64,000 nt of DNA from Heteronotia binoei (GCF_032191835.1 NC_083235.1:62558001-62622000); one strand, 5' to 3'; shown: positions 36,730 through 49,606, counted from the stretch's first letter. Numbers and translations are program-made. Notes: a model not told the origin generated them from the sequence alone.

Positions 36730-37996
36730 AGCAGACTGATGCACTCCTTCTGCATAAACATCCTAATTTTGGTGGGTTAGATGTTATGGTGTCTTAAAGC
36801 ATTATTCATAGATTCAGACTATGCCCCCTTAGACTTTAGTGTTTATCCTTAGAAAGCCAGGGGAGGTTCTATAAAAGGCTTGTTAAGCGACTGTCTCATC
36901 TCAGGACCATGTACTGTATTCCTTTGCTTTGTTCCAGAGTGCAGCTCCTTTTGGCTTTTGGTTGAATCCTGCCACAGTACTGAGAAGAAGGTATAACATT
37001 CCTTTCATATGAACACTCTCAGGTCGGGAACTCAGAAATGTCTTTTATGGTGTGGATTCCACCAATCATGGAAGGAGCAAAAATGCATTAAATAGGATCA
37101 ATTAATATTGTCATCTCATACATCCAGCATATTGATTGTAGCGTGCATCAAACTATGGAGTCCAGTGACAGTCTAAAAAAGCAAGGATTGTATGGTGGTC
37201 CAGCCAACATAATGTGGATTTTGATGTCTTGAAATAGTGGTTAGTGCACAGAATGTTCAAGGCAAACATGCTTTAGGTGAAGGTCACAGCAGAAGACTTG
37301 TATATGGCACAGCTTGTGAAACAGACAATAAGCCAAGAGTGACATTTACAGTGGCATCCTTAAGCAGGTCTCCTCAGACTCAATGAAACTTACTCCTAGG
37401 AAAGTAGGATTGCATTATTAGTTTGAACGTACTCCAACATTTAACAACCTTAAAGATAGGAGGTTCTTTGCTTAGAGCACAAAAGCAAGATGTTTCTGGG
37501 AGAATGCCTTCTGCGTTTGCTAATCTGTTTTGTTTGATTAGTGGGAAGCCACATCTAGTACTTCCAGAGTGATCCTACAGTGATTTAGATGGGGGCGAAA
37601 TCAGAAAAAAACCGCAGGTGAAACTTTCATGATTATGCTATTGCCCCAAATAGGAACTCTATTTTCATACCTGCAGTCTAAAAATGAAGTTTTGTACTTT
37701 GTACTCCAAGCATATTTATGACTATTAGCCCTCAACCGTATTGCTACAGTACCTGACTGTTGCATTCCTGAGGTTGTACAAATGCAGCAAAGTATAGATT
37801 CAGCTTTAGCTAACTGGACATCCATGAGATTGGGAAAAGAGCCTGTCAAATATGGGTTATTACACATAACCAGATATCTTCCAATAACCCGGAAATTGGC
37901 TTGGACCTTATCTTTGTACTTCTCTGGCAAAGCCACTCCTAGTTCTCATTCAGAGAAAGAGCCAACAGGAAACAAATGTGGCGGTTAGGTGAGATG

Positions 37997-38063
37997 TCAC
38001 TTCACTGTTACCGTAGGGCACCAGGAAGTGTCCGGATAGAGTAGACAGTGGACAGTTTTGAAT
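37997..38063 (-). CDS. RFNG: RFNG last coding exon (FKTVHCLLYPDTSWCPTVTVK*)
   Basis: tttcag| acceptor; conserved HCLLYPDT.WCP; TGA at 37999-37997. Confidence 0.94.
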
Positions 38064-38259
38064 CTGAAAAGAGAAAGGCATGAAGTCACAGGATTCAAAG
38101 CAACTTGGCCTGAAAGAATTTACTGCTGTAGGAACACTGGTTATAATTTGCTAATATATTTGACAAAGTAAATGTCATTTCCTGCCCATTGCTTGGAGTT
38201 ATCCTCCATAGCCAAGCAAGCAGGGCAAGAGATTTCATTCGGGAAATTTATGTACTCAC

Positions 38260-38345
38260 CGAGTTGGATCTTGCTGTACGCTGAACATTTCTCCCACGCT
38301 CACAACGTTATGCTTGTTCTCAGGACCCCCGTAGCTTAAGGTAAC
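38260..38345 (-). CDS. RFNG: RFNG coding exon 7 ([29 protein letters not shown])
   Basis: cccag| acceptor, |gtgagt donor, 86 bp. Confidence 0.95.
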
Positions 38346-39109
38346 CTGGGGAAAACACACATACAAGCATCCTCAGAAACTACACTTGCCGGAGCATAGT
38401 AACCAAATATGTTTTGCGGGGCGGATGATAAGATGCCTTGCGGTCTTTCCACAATGAGTAGCGGCAGTCATGTGAGAAGAAGTTATATAATATAATGCTG
38501 CGGTTGAAGTATTCTGCTGACCATTCCCAGGACTGGGACATTACAACATCCCTGGAGCAAGGTCAGCCAAGGAAACCCTGTAGCACTAGCAGCACTGGAG
38601 GGGTCACGGGGCTCAGATCTGCATAAGCCTCCACCCACTGGCACTGTCGCCATGGCCTGGCCCACAGCACTACAAGCACCACAGGGACTGCCTGGCTCAG
38701 CTTCCTTCTGACTGCCAGAGGCCCTCAGGACATTGGTCTGCTGGGAACTTTATCTGTAAATTCAATGGCCCCCATATTCCCACCCACTAAGGAGAATGCA
38801 AATATAGTTCAGGCCCAAATCTCAAGAAAACAGGTGCACCCATATTGATAACAGAATGAAGAACACCGTAACAAAACAGGTCAATAAAATTCCAGCCTCT
38901 GTACAGATCACATCATTTGTTGCAGATTAATTAGTGGAAACCCGTCAACTTAACCAGATTTCTGATGCGGTGAATTTCTCCATAGTTCCTTCTCTTCATT
39001 GAAAAGCTGCATTTAGGGTTTTCCAGCCATATCAGAAATCCAGCCTTTAAGAGGCCCCAATTTGATTTATAGTTAATCCCAGCAGTTGAAATTGACCTTG
39101 TATAATGGT

Positions 39110-39292
39110 TTAACTGTTTTATCTAACTTTTAACTTAATTTATGAATGTAACTTTTAACTATATTCTAACTGTTTTTATAGTAATGATTGTATTTTACTG
39201 TAATCATGGTATACACCATGTCCTGTGAGCCGCCCTGAGCCTGCCTTCGGCGGGGGAGGGCGGGATATAAAAATAAATTTATTATTATTATT
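39110..39292 (+). mobile_element. L2-type LINE 3' tail
   Basis: gtgagccgccctgag...gggcgggatataaaaataaatttattattattatt. Confidence 0.6.
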
Positions 39293-39522
39293 GTAATTTG
39301 AACACATATGGCTGTTTACATCCACATCTTATTTAATCGTCAACTCTTCTATGATTTTCTATAATTTGTGGGGAGATATTTGTGAATGTTCTGCATTGTG
39401 GTTGGACCAGATGACCCTGGAGGTCCCTTCCAAATCTATGATTCTATTATTCTTTTTTATGGAAATCTATGGAGCAGAAACTTCTGGTTGTCCCATTTAA
39501 AGTAGGCAAAGTTTGCTCATAC

Positions 39523-39688
39523 CTGTTTGAAAACTGCTTCACCACGTAGCCGCTGCAGGTTTTCCAGGTGTGAGTGGAACAAGGGGCTGTGGTGCAACTT
39601 CACTTCCAACAACCCTTCAATGATGTAGCCAACTGTGCAGTCATCAGGGAGGCGAATCCTCTCAGCAGTGCTGATGAAGCTCCCCAAG
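39523..39688 (-). CDS. RFNG: RFNG coding exon 6 ([55 protein letters not shown])
   Basis: ggcag| acceptor, |gtatga donor, 166 bp. Confidence 0.96.
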
Positions 39689-39766
39689 CTGCCACAAGAC
39701 AGGAACTGAAGAGTAAAGTCTCCCTAGGTTCTTATGACGGATGAACATTCTCTAAGCTGTACATAC

Positions 39767-39852
39767 CTAGCCCAGGGGCTCATTTTGAGGGCAAGACCTC
39801 TGCTGATACAGAACCCTGCTCCACCGGTGGCAAACCAGAACTTCACAGTGGC
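39767..39852 (-). CDS. RFNG: RFNG coding exon 5 ([29 protein letters not shown])
   Basis: gctag| acceptor, |gtatgt donor, 86 bp. Confidence 0.96.
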
Positions 39853-41242
39853 CTAGCAAGATAAATAAAAAGCTATTAGAAAAACGATGGACGGTTTAAA
39901 CTCAGAAGGACATGTCAGGGTCTATCCCAGGAATATAAGTATTTGAATGCTTAGCTTTTGTAACTCAGCAGTCCTATCAGATTTGCCCATATGGTCCAGA
40001 TTTCTGTTGAAATCCAACAAGAGGAGCAACTAAACCACTCATGGTCAACTTTTAAGTGTACATAAGGTCATTAAAGAGACTGCCATTCAAATCCAATTAT
40101 ATGCTGATTGCTGGTCTGATTCTTAATGCAACCTGCAGCTATGCCATTTGCTTAGAAATAATGCCCACTAAGCTGAAGAGAACAGCTTCCCATGTAAATG
40201 GGCTTGGGATTTCAGCCATACCACATACATTATTGCAGGGCAGAACAGTCAGCAAAGTCACTTTTGCCTGCAAATTAGCAGAACAACAGAGAATTGGTTC
40301 CATGCAACAATCTGTTCAACAAACCCGCTTGTTTCCTGTCCCATATTCCAGAACTTAATTATTTTCCCCTTTTGTCAGCTTATTCAAATAATTCTCTAAG
40401 ACGGTTGCTATGCTATGTATTGTCAAACTGTGCATAAGTTACAAGACATACTTTCTAAGGGCCTCCCCACCTAAATAGTTAGTGAAAGTACATGATGCCA
40501 CATGAATCAGAAGAAAGAGAAGACTAGCCTTGGTCCATGTTCCTGGCAACTGGTTGTCTGAAGGTTTGTATCAGATAAACTCTCTGCTTATTCCCACATC
40601 CTGTAGCAGAATTACAGAGCAGTGCAGCACCTATGTAGATCTGAAGGACAGAGTCTGAACACTGAGAAAGGGAATTGCTTTTTAAAGGCACCTCTATTGT
40701 GTGCTTTCCTAGCCCAGAACTGCAGTGGGAACTCTCAGGGATTTCTTTGGGCAGCTGTACCATTAATTGGCATGGCTCCACTGGCTTTACTATGAGACGC
40801 ATATGGGGAGGGTAGTAATTCTGTACCTTCCTCATGAAGGGAGCAATATTACAGCATAATCTTTGAACATGTCACATTTACACAACAGAGATATGGTAGT
40901 GATGACTTAAAATCAGGTAGTGCCTATTTCCAGCCGAGTCATAGCTAACACAGCATTTCTGTCAATTGCCTTCTGTGTTTAGAGGTGAATGAAATGATGA
41001 TGCCTGAAAAAGGATGCAACTAATACTGAGTGGAAGCAGTTGCATAAATCCATTTTGCACCTGATTTTTCAGTGAAGTATTTCCTAGTTTTGTGCTGTGG
41101 TGAGGCTCGGAAACCTGGTTCCAAATTCCAAAGAAGAGGACGGAACTCCATGCAGTAGGATTAAGAGGATATGGGGACAATGCAAGAATCTGATCTGTCT
41201 GAATTTTGAGAAAGCAATGACCCAAGCAAAGAACATGCTCAC

Positions 41243-41396
41243 TGATCCATCGTTTCGGACATGATCTGCTGCTTCAATGGGATGATCTAGACTTGGTCTC
41301 CCAACATAGACATCTTGGCTGTGTGAAAAGGCAGACAGGAGATGCAAGAGATTGTGCAGGTTCACATAGTTGTCATCATCCACATGACAAAACCAC
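41243..41396 (-). CDS. RFNG: RFNG coding exon 4 ([51 protein letters not shown])
   Basis: Catalytic DDD motif; ttgcag| acceptor, |gtgagc donor, 154 bp. Confidence 0.96.
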
Positions 41397-41556
41397 CTGC
41401 AAGAAAAGTAGAAATTAAAAAAACCAAAATAAAAGTCACAAGCTCTCTCTCTGTTAAGCTATCTTGGAAAAGGGTCTTCACCTCTCAGAATCATAGCAAA
41501 GAGCATATGTGGTTCTTTGACTAAGAAGAGACAACTGGATTCTTTATTTGAAAGCC

Positions 41557-42131
41557 AGTATCATAATGCCCCTGTATAAATCAATGGTGCGGTCTCATTT
41601 GGAGTACTGTGTGCAGTTCTGGTCGCCGCACCTCAAAAAGGATATTATAGCATTGGAAAAAGTCCAGAACAGGGCAACTAGAATGATTAAAGGGCTGGAG
41701 CACTTTCCCTATGAAGAAAGGTTGAAACGCTTGGGACTCTTTAGCTTGGAGAAACGTCGACTGCGGGGTGACATGATAGAGGTTTACAAGATAATGCATG
41801 GTATGGAGAAAGTAGAGAAAGAAGTACTTTTCTCCCTTTCTCACAATACAAGAACTCGTGGACATTCGATGAAATAGCTGAGCAGACAGGTTAAAACGGA
41901 TAAAAGGAAGTACTTCTTCACCCAAAGGGTGATTAACATGTAGAATTCACTGTCACAGGAGGTGGTGGCGGCCACAAGTATAGCCACCTTCAAGAGGGGT
42001 TTGGATAAAAATATGGAACACAGGTCCATCAGTGGCTATTAGCCACAGTGTGTGTGTATATATAAAATTTTTTGCCACTGTGTGACACAGAGTGTTGGCC
42101 TGATCCAACATGGCTTCTCTTATGTTCTTAT
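41557..42131 (+). mobile_element. CR1 LINE 3' fragment
   Basis: ORF2 C-terminus PLYKSMVRSHLEYCVQFWSPHLKKDI...RRLRGDMIEVYKIM and ttatgttctta tail. Confidence 0.9.
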
Positions 42132-42288
42132 TTGAACATATGCAAGGCGTGTGTGCATTGAAAGCTTATAACCAGAATAAAACTTCCTTGGTCTTAAAGA
42201 TGCCACTGGACTCAAACTTTGTTCTGCTGCTTCAGACCAACACAGCTACCCATATGAATCTACCAACTGGAATAGTGTCCTCACTTAC

Positions 42289-42391
42289 TTTTGCCCAGAT
42301 TCAAGGAATTTATCATATTCCACAGACATCTTGCAGCAGAGTGCTTGGCGGGTGTGGACAGCTGAGCAGTTGGTGTTGATCATGTGATCCC
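42289..42391 (-). CDS. RFNG: RFNG coding exon 3 ([35 protein letters not shown])
   Basis: tatag| acceptor, |gtaagt donor, 103 bp. Confidence 0.96.
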
Positions 42392-42870
42392 CTATAGTAG
42401 AAAGATATTTTCAGTGAGGAGCCTGCATGGTTTGCAAGAGAAACTAAGAATATTAAGGGCAGCACTGCTGGATAAAACCAAAGGTTCATCTAACGCACAA
42501 GGTTTATTCTGGCTGGCTTCACCTAAACCAGAAGGTGACTGTAGATTTGCAAGTGACCCCAGGAGTCATCCATTTCAATTAAAGCAATAATACGGGATCT
42601 GTACAGCACATGCATACCACAACGTTTCATAAAAGAAAGAAATCCCAAGTGGCAGAACAAATACTTTAAACCCCTGGAGCCCCACTTAAAGGCTGTCATG
42701 CAAAAGGCTGGGAAAAGCCCCTGCTCAACACTTTGACCTACTAGTCAGGGCAGATAATAGAAGGGAGAGTAGATGGTTGGTCTGAATCAACCTAAGCAGT
42801 GTCTTGTGTTTTGAACTCATCTACCCATAAAACCCAGCTGTGCCTGTCAGAAATGTGGGAAGAAGCTCAC

Positions 42871-42919
42871 CGGCTCTGTGACGCAGTTCTGGATCCTCCC
42901 AGTCTGTAAATATAAATGT
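42871..42919 (-). CDS. RFNG: RFNG coding exon 2 (TFIFTDWEDPELRHRA G)
   Basis: ctcag| acceptor, |gtgagc donor, 49 bp. Confidence 0.94.
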
Positions 42920-43744
42920 CTGAGGGATACAAGAAAAATAAAGACTTAATTTCTGGATGATTTCTGAGTAACCCTAATGGATTTGCTTCAACTCCTTTTC
43001 CGCTGGCAGTAGAGAGGAGGAACAATCTTGCCTGATTTTCCTCCTTGCTACAGCCCCATCCCATGTTGTCTCTTGTTCCACACATGTCCCACTAGACTTG
43101 TCATGACTTTTTGGGAAGTCAATTGCATATCCATGTAGTCATGTGATCCTAGTAGAAGAAACAATATTTCCAAGCTGTGAATTCTCTAAAGGAACAAGAA
43201 ATGTACCGGCAAAATAAAGTCTTAAACTCTGTACAGCTTGAAGTCTCTTTACCTTTTCTAAATTATAAGTTTTGAAGAGGAACACTAAAGTGCTGACAAA
43301 GCAAGCTTTAACTTTGTATAACTGCTGTTTGCCCCACTGGGGGACCTTATATGTAGCCTTCAATCTAAATAAGTTTCCCCAGCAGGGCAAATAATAATTT
43401 GCCAGGGCTTTTACAAGTTAAGAAATGATGGGGAATTAAGCCCCTTCTCCCTGTCCACCACAATCCCTGTCCAAATCCGGCCTGTGTATCTCTAGGAACT
43501 AAGCTCTGAAAATGGATGGCGCATGTTTAATCAACAGGATTCATGGCAATCATGTGGGGGGATACAAGGACTTTATGCGTAAATTGGCCAAACAGGTCAA
43601 GAGAAAGTCAAACTGTATAATACTGTAAAAAATAACAGAAGCTCACCTCTTCTCAACCCAGAAAATCACCCAACAAGACAAGGGATGATGCAAGAAAAAT
43701 CTTTCTTTTTGTTTAGTTTGTCTTATGCCCCAGAAACTCAAATA

Positions 43745-43999
43745 CCCCAGAAGCTCAAATACTTTGGCCACCAGATGAGAAGGGAGCACTCACTGGAGAA
43801 AATCCTGATGCTGGGAAAGACAGAAGGCAAAAGAAGAAGGGGACGGCAAAAGATGAGATGGCTGGACAGCGTTACTGATGTAACAAACACGAATTTGAGA
43901 AGACTTTGGAGGATGGTGGAAGACAGGAGGGCCTGGTGTGACTTTGTCCATGGGGTCGCAAAGAGTCGGACTCGACTGTGCGACTGAACAACAACAACA
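43745..43999 (+). mobile_element. RTE-BovB LINE 3' end
   Basis: KLKYFGHQMRREHSLEKILMLGKTEGKRRRGRQKMRWLD...HGVAKSRTRL and (caa)n tail. Confidence 0.85.
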
Positions 44000-44487
44000 T
44001 GCTCCAGAAAATAGGTCTGCTTTGTAGCAGCTAACAATCATGCTGATGGGTGGTAGGAAAGCCTACCAGGTATCAATATCTGGTCTGAGAACCAGATAGC
44101 CACTGAAGCTGGCTTAAAGGTGGACCTTTAACAGTCTGTCTGAATTCATAAAGTCATGGATACGGCTGCCATTTCCCCCCGTGTCACCAGGGGAAGCTTT
44201 GTAGCACCGATGTAAGCCTTCTCGGGTATCTGGTCTGGCATTGTGGGAAACATAATGCAGGACTAAATGGTCTGTTGGTATGGTCCAGCAAGGCTCATCT
44301 TTTGTTAATTCTGGAAAGACTGCAATCCTGTACATACATTTCTGGGCAGAAGTCCCACTGAACTTAGTGGATCTAACTATACATAGAATTGGATAGTAAG
44401 AGCCTTAAAACAATATTGTAGCTAACAGAAAAATGTAATTCTGTTGAATAAATGAACATTTTAACTCTCTGGGAAAAGTAGTCTTAC

Positions 44488-44985
44488 CTGCCCCTGAGCC
44501 TTGGAAATCCATGTTTGAAAGAGTAAGTTCAACCTTGTCTTATGGTATTTTCGTGTTGTTTTCACAGCAATAAAGATATCCTTTAACTCCAACTTTTCCT
44601 TCGCAGAGACTCTGTCAGATCCCACATGATTCGCCCTAGTGTACCATGGATTAATTGGGCTCTCATGCATCTTGTTGTTAGCTTTCAGGCTGGATGTCCC
44701 AGCGTCTATGACATGAGGGCTCCATTCTTGTATCAGTTCCTCTTTCATAAACGGTACAATATTGTTAGTTTCATCATTCAGATTATCAACTGAACTCGAC
44801 TCTGCCTGCTGTGACTGGACCTCACTCTTGTTAGAAGCGCTGAAAACGGAAGGTGGACGTGGCTGTGGATAACTTCTAGGTCTCCAATTAGCTTGGAATT
44901 TGGGGATTAATAAGAGGAGGACCGCACAAAAGATAACTGAGAGCAGGAAGCAGATCTTACTGAACCGAATGCAGGAACAGCTCAT
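44488..44985 (-). CDS. RFNG: RFNG first coding exon (TM anchor, long stem, ...[32 protein letters not shown]). Full CDS join (minus): 44985-44488, 42919-42871, 42391-42289, 41396-41243, 39852-39767, 39688-39523, 38345-38260, 38063-37997 = 1209 bp, 402 aa, radical fringe beta-1,3-N-acetylglucosaminyltransferase
   Basis: Hydrophobic N-terminal anchor, Fringe IAVKTT motif, CAG|gtaaga donor; position head-to-head with GPS1 identifies it as RFNG. Confidence 0.92.
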
Positions 44986-46480
44986 TCTTCAGCCCAAAGG
45001 GCCTTTGCCATGTTGTAAGATTGGGACATGTTTCCAAGTGAAGAGGAAGCCTCTGAGAAAAATAGAGACTGATCACAAACTTGGCACAGTAAAACAAATT
45101 TCCAGCTATATCGCATCCTCTTTACGGTTCTCAAACACCACAAAGGTCCACTGAACTTTCAATTTCTTTCCCTTGCCTGGTTAGTAACAGTACAAAGACT
45201 GCTGGCGCCTTTACAGGGTGTGGTCACAGACGCAACCTGCAACCTAATTAATAAATGCATTAATTACAACAAATGCAAACTTAGAAGTACACATTAACTA
45301 GTAGAGGAATTGAGTTCTTGAAGAGGCTGGCTCAAAACTAGGCAAACAGCAGCCCTGGGCACTCACACCTTCAGATCTTGTAAACCCCTTATTAGCATCC
45401 CTGCTCAGTTCAAAGGCAGCTCAGGCTCAACTAACTAAGCATGATTTTTTTTTTTAAAAAGGTCAGTATTCTAATGTTATAAAGCTGAACATGTTATATA
45501 CATTAATAAGGGAGCACGAGTTTTTAAAAGCATCTTTAACTATGCTAAAATAGAAAGAGATGCAACTAAAGCAGAGCCCCCTAATTAAAATCAAGTTATT
45601 CAAAAATCCTCCTGTTGCCCTTAGGAGTGTCTCTTCTATGTCGTTTAACTCTATTTCAACAATCACAGTTACATTAAACCTGATTGTTTTGTCTAATCCC
45701 AAGCTCCACTCGCTTAACATCAATGTATTTAAGGCAACAGCATTCACAAAAAAAAGGACAACTGTGAAAGAACCTTTTGCAATGTAGTCACATAATTTTC
45801 ACTTATTTATTAAAAACATTTATATTCTTCCTCTCCTTATGGCTCAAGGCAGTTTACAAGAATAAAACATTTTCAAGCAAATCAGAATAAAATAACAAAC
45901 CTCAAATCCCCCCACCCCAAAAAAGATGCTTGCCATTCAAACCCCATTCCCTAGAGCAGGAGGTAGGATGGCACACTTAATTAGGCATGCCCTTATTCTG
46001 TACAGAATTGGACTATCCGTTTCACAGACATGGTCTGTCCTGGAACTCTAATAAAGTTGTTCTGAGTTTCCAAACAGAACAGAGGGCCATACATAAGAGT
46101 AACAAAATGAAAACTAAATTTCCACAATGCACCTAAAGTAATTCCAATAATTCCAAATGCAACTTCCCCCCAAACAGGAGGGAGAACAACAGAACTGTAG
46201 CCTGTCCCGGTTTATTTTCAGGCAATAAAAAAAATGTTGAGCATTTACAGGAGCTACCTAACCGCATCAATTTCATAAAATGACAACAACAGTATTTCTG
46301 TTTTGAGTCCAGTGGCACCTTCAAGATTGACAAAGTTTAAATCACAGTATAAGTTTTCATGTGCAAGCACACTTCGTTAGATGCAGGAAACAGAAAATAT
46401 GCACACGAAAGCTTACTCCGTGAATAAAACAAAAGCAGAAGTCATAGCACCTTTAAGACCAACAAACTTTTACTCATAAT

Positions 46481-46514
46481 GTAAGCTTTCGTGTGCATGC
46501 ACACTTCTTCAGAC
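46481..46514 (-). ncRNA. Minimal hammerhead motif in the inverted PLE terminal repeat (sense to RFNG)
   Basis: CUGAAGA-A-GUGUGC-AU-GCACAC-GAAA-GCU-U; AGCU palindromic helix III, CUU triplet, short helix I. Confidence 0.6.
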
Positions 46515-47064
46515 CAGGAATGAGGTACGGTAAGCAGAGCTACATATAGCTGGTGGAGTTTAGAATGCAAAGTGGTACAAAGTTAAAATCCAATAGCAGA
46601 ATAGTAAGATTAACAAATTCAGAAAACCTTTGATCTGGGTTGCATTACTGTGGGAAACCAATGAAACAATAACTTGTCAGAATGTGAGAATGTCTGTTAA
46701 TTATTCTATTGCTAATAAGCCTGGGTCAAAATGAGGGCATTTTTTCCCCAGAAGTTTTTCCTGTCCAACTAATTTACCTTTTAACATGTAACATAAATAT
46801 ATACATCATTCTAGTTTACCATTAGAAAAATACATTAAAATATAGTTCCAGAAAGATTTGTTGTAGATCCTTCAGGTGAGAATCCGTCAGGAGGATCCTA
46901 CTGACACAGAGACTGACCTGAAGGATCTACAACAAACCTTTTTGGAACTAAAGCACCCACCTGATGAAGTCAGGAAACAGATTAACAAAGCCAGAATGAT
47001 ACCTAGAGAAAACCTGTTACAAGACAGATTCAAAAAAGACAACAACAGAATACCACTAGTGGTC

Positions 47065-48404
47065 TCACACAAAATCTTGCCTCACTAACGTGTTACAGTT
47101 CTTTGAGGGGGTGAAAAAACATGTGGACAAAGGGGACCCAATAGATGTTGTTTACCTTGACTTCCAGAAAGCTTTTGACAAAATTCCTCATCAAAGGCTC
47201 CTTAGTAAGCTCGAGAGTCACGGAGTAAAAGGACAAGTCCTCTTGTGGATCAAAAACTGGCTAATTAATAGGAAACAGAGTGAGTATAAATGGGCAATCT
47301 TCGCAGTGGAAGACGGTAAGCAGTGGGGTGCCGCAGGGCTCAGAACTGGGTCCCATGCTCTTTAACTTGTTCATTAATGATCTGGAGTTGAGAGTAAACA
47401 GTGAAGTGGCTAAGTTTGCAGGTGACACTAAATTTTCAGGGTGGTGAGAACCAAAGAGGATTGTGAGGCACTCCAAAGGGATCTGTTGAGGCTGGGTGAG
47501 TGGGCATCAACGTGGCAGATGAGGTTCAATGTGGCCAAGTGCAAAGTAATGCACATTGGGGCCAAAAATCCCAGCTACAAATACAAGTTGATGGGGTGTG
47601 AACTGGCAGAGACTAACCAAGAGAGAGATCTTGGGGTCGTTGTAGATAACTCACTGAAAATGTCAAGACAGTGTGCGATTGCAATAAAAAAAGGCCAACG
47701 CCATGCTGGGAATTATTAGGAAGGGAATTGAAAACAAATCAGCCAGTATCATAATGCCCCTGTATAGATCGATAGTGTGATCTCATTTGGAATACTGTGT
47801 ACAATTCTGGTCACCACACCTCAAAAAGGATATTATAGCATTGGAAAAAGTCCAGAAAGGGCAACTAGAATGATTAAAGGTTTGGAACACTTTCCCTATG
47901 AAATGCTTGGGGCTCTTTAGCTTGGAGAAAAATCAACTGCGGGGTGACATGATAGAGGTTTACAAGATTATGCATGGGATGGAGAAAGTAGAGAAAGAAG
48001 TACTTTTCTACCTTTCTCACAATACAAGAACTCATGTGCATTCAATGAAATTGCTGAGCAGTAGGGTTAGAACGGATAAAAGGAAGTACTTCTTCATCCA
48101 AAGGGTGATTAACATGTGGAATTCACTGCCACAGGACGTAGTGGCAGCCACAAGCATAGCCAGTTTCAAGAGGGGTTTAGATAAAAATATGGAGCAGAGG
48201 TCTCAGTGGCTATTAGCTACAGCATATTATTGGAACTGTCTGGGGCAGTGATGCTCTGTATTCTTGGTGCTTGGGGGGGGGGGCAAAGTGGAAGGGCTTC
48301 TAGCCTGACTTGTGAACCTTTTTTTTTTCGGCCACTGTGTGACACAGAGTATTGGACTGGATGGCCCACTGGCCTGATCCAACATGGCTTCTCTTATGTT
48401 CTTA
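47065..48404 (+). mobile_element. CR1 LINE (~1.3 kb, 5'-truncated) nested in the PLE
   Basis: RT motifs (GDPIDVVYLDFQKAFDKIPHQRLL; WQMRFNVAKCKVMH) with frameshifts; ttatgttctta tail. Confidence 0.9.
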
Positions 48405-49261
48405 CAACTCTCAACTGAAAACAGTTCAATATATCATCAATGACATACAATCTCAGTCTATTGGACAGTGACAACTCTCTTTCAACAGCACTGGGGGGGT
48501 GGGGTAAACCTTTTATTGCACGCAGACAGCCCCCTAATCTCAAACAACTCCTCACCCACAACAATACAACATCTCACTTGAGCATGGACACTGGTACCAG
48601 AGCTTGCAATAAACCCAAGTGCCAACTTTGCTACCACATACAACCAGACCACACAATCACAGGACCTATCAACATTAACTACACCATCTCAGGCTCCTTC
48701 ACTTGTTCATCTTCTAATATTATATGTGCCATTAAATGCCAACAATGCCCTTCGGTTCTCTACATAGGGCAAACGGCAAATCCCATGACAAAGGATAAAT
48801 GGACACAAATCTGACTTCAGGAATCACAAAACTGAAAAACATGTGGAAGAAGACTTTAACCATCCAGAACATTCATTGGGTGACTGCAAAGATGCTGTTT
48901 TACTGCAAAGGAACTTCAAGAACAGAATGGAGAGGGAAACTGCTGAATTACAAATTATTATGAAACTTGGAACAAACACCTCCCCAGGACTGAACAGGAA
49001 AATTGGGGTTTTTTATCTCATTTCATATGCTAAACCCACTTTCACCAAATATGGCTATATATCCACAGTATTCCAGCGTATTTCTCTTTTAGGACAGTAT
49101 ATAAGAATAATGTTTTTTGAATAGACATACTCAAGCAAGGGATATTAGCTGTTTGTCTCATTACATATACTAAACCCATCTTCCACTATATTTTAATGTA
49201 TTTTTTTTCTAATGGCAAACTAGAATGATGTATATATGTATGTTACATGTTAAAAAGTAAA

Positions 49262-49606
49262 TTCTCTCTCTCTCTCAGCTTGACTTGGCGAACGAAGATT
49301 TAAGAAGGGTGCAGTAGTCCACGTCTGCTGCAGGCTCGCTGGTGGCTGACAAGACCAATGCGGGACAGGCAGATCCGGCCACAGTGCCTGCAGGGAAAAG
49401 TCTGATTTGGGGTTGGTGCTGTAGCAGTGCGATTCTTCCTCAATCTCCTTTTGTCCTCAAGACCAGCTATGCGTGTGTTCTCAAAGGAAGAGACAGCCTG
49501 GTGGATGGTGTGCCTCCATGCTTTGCGATCTGAGGCTAGGTCAGACCACTGGTGATGGTTGATGCGACAGGTGCCAAGGGATTTCTTCAAGGAGTCCTTG
49601 TACCTC
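49262..49606 (-). mobile_element. RTE-clade LINE 3' end nested in the PLE terminal repeat
   Basis: RYKDSLKKSL...WSDLASDRKAWR...FPCRHCGRICLSRIGLVSHQRAC; (GA)n tail; flanked by a duplicated aatt. Confidence 0.85.

Noticed and set aside
44114-44335. 73-aa minus-strand ORF in the RFNG intron
   Set aside because: No similarity to Fringe or other proteins; the RFNG frame closes without it.
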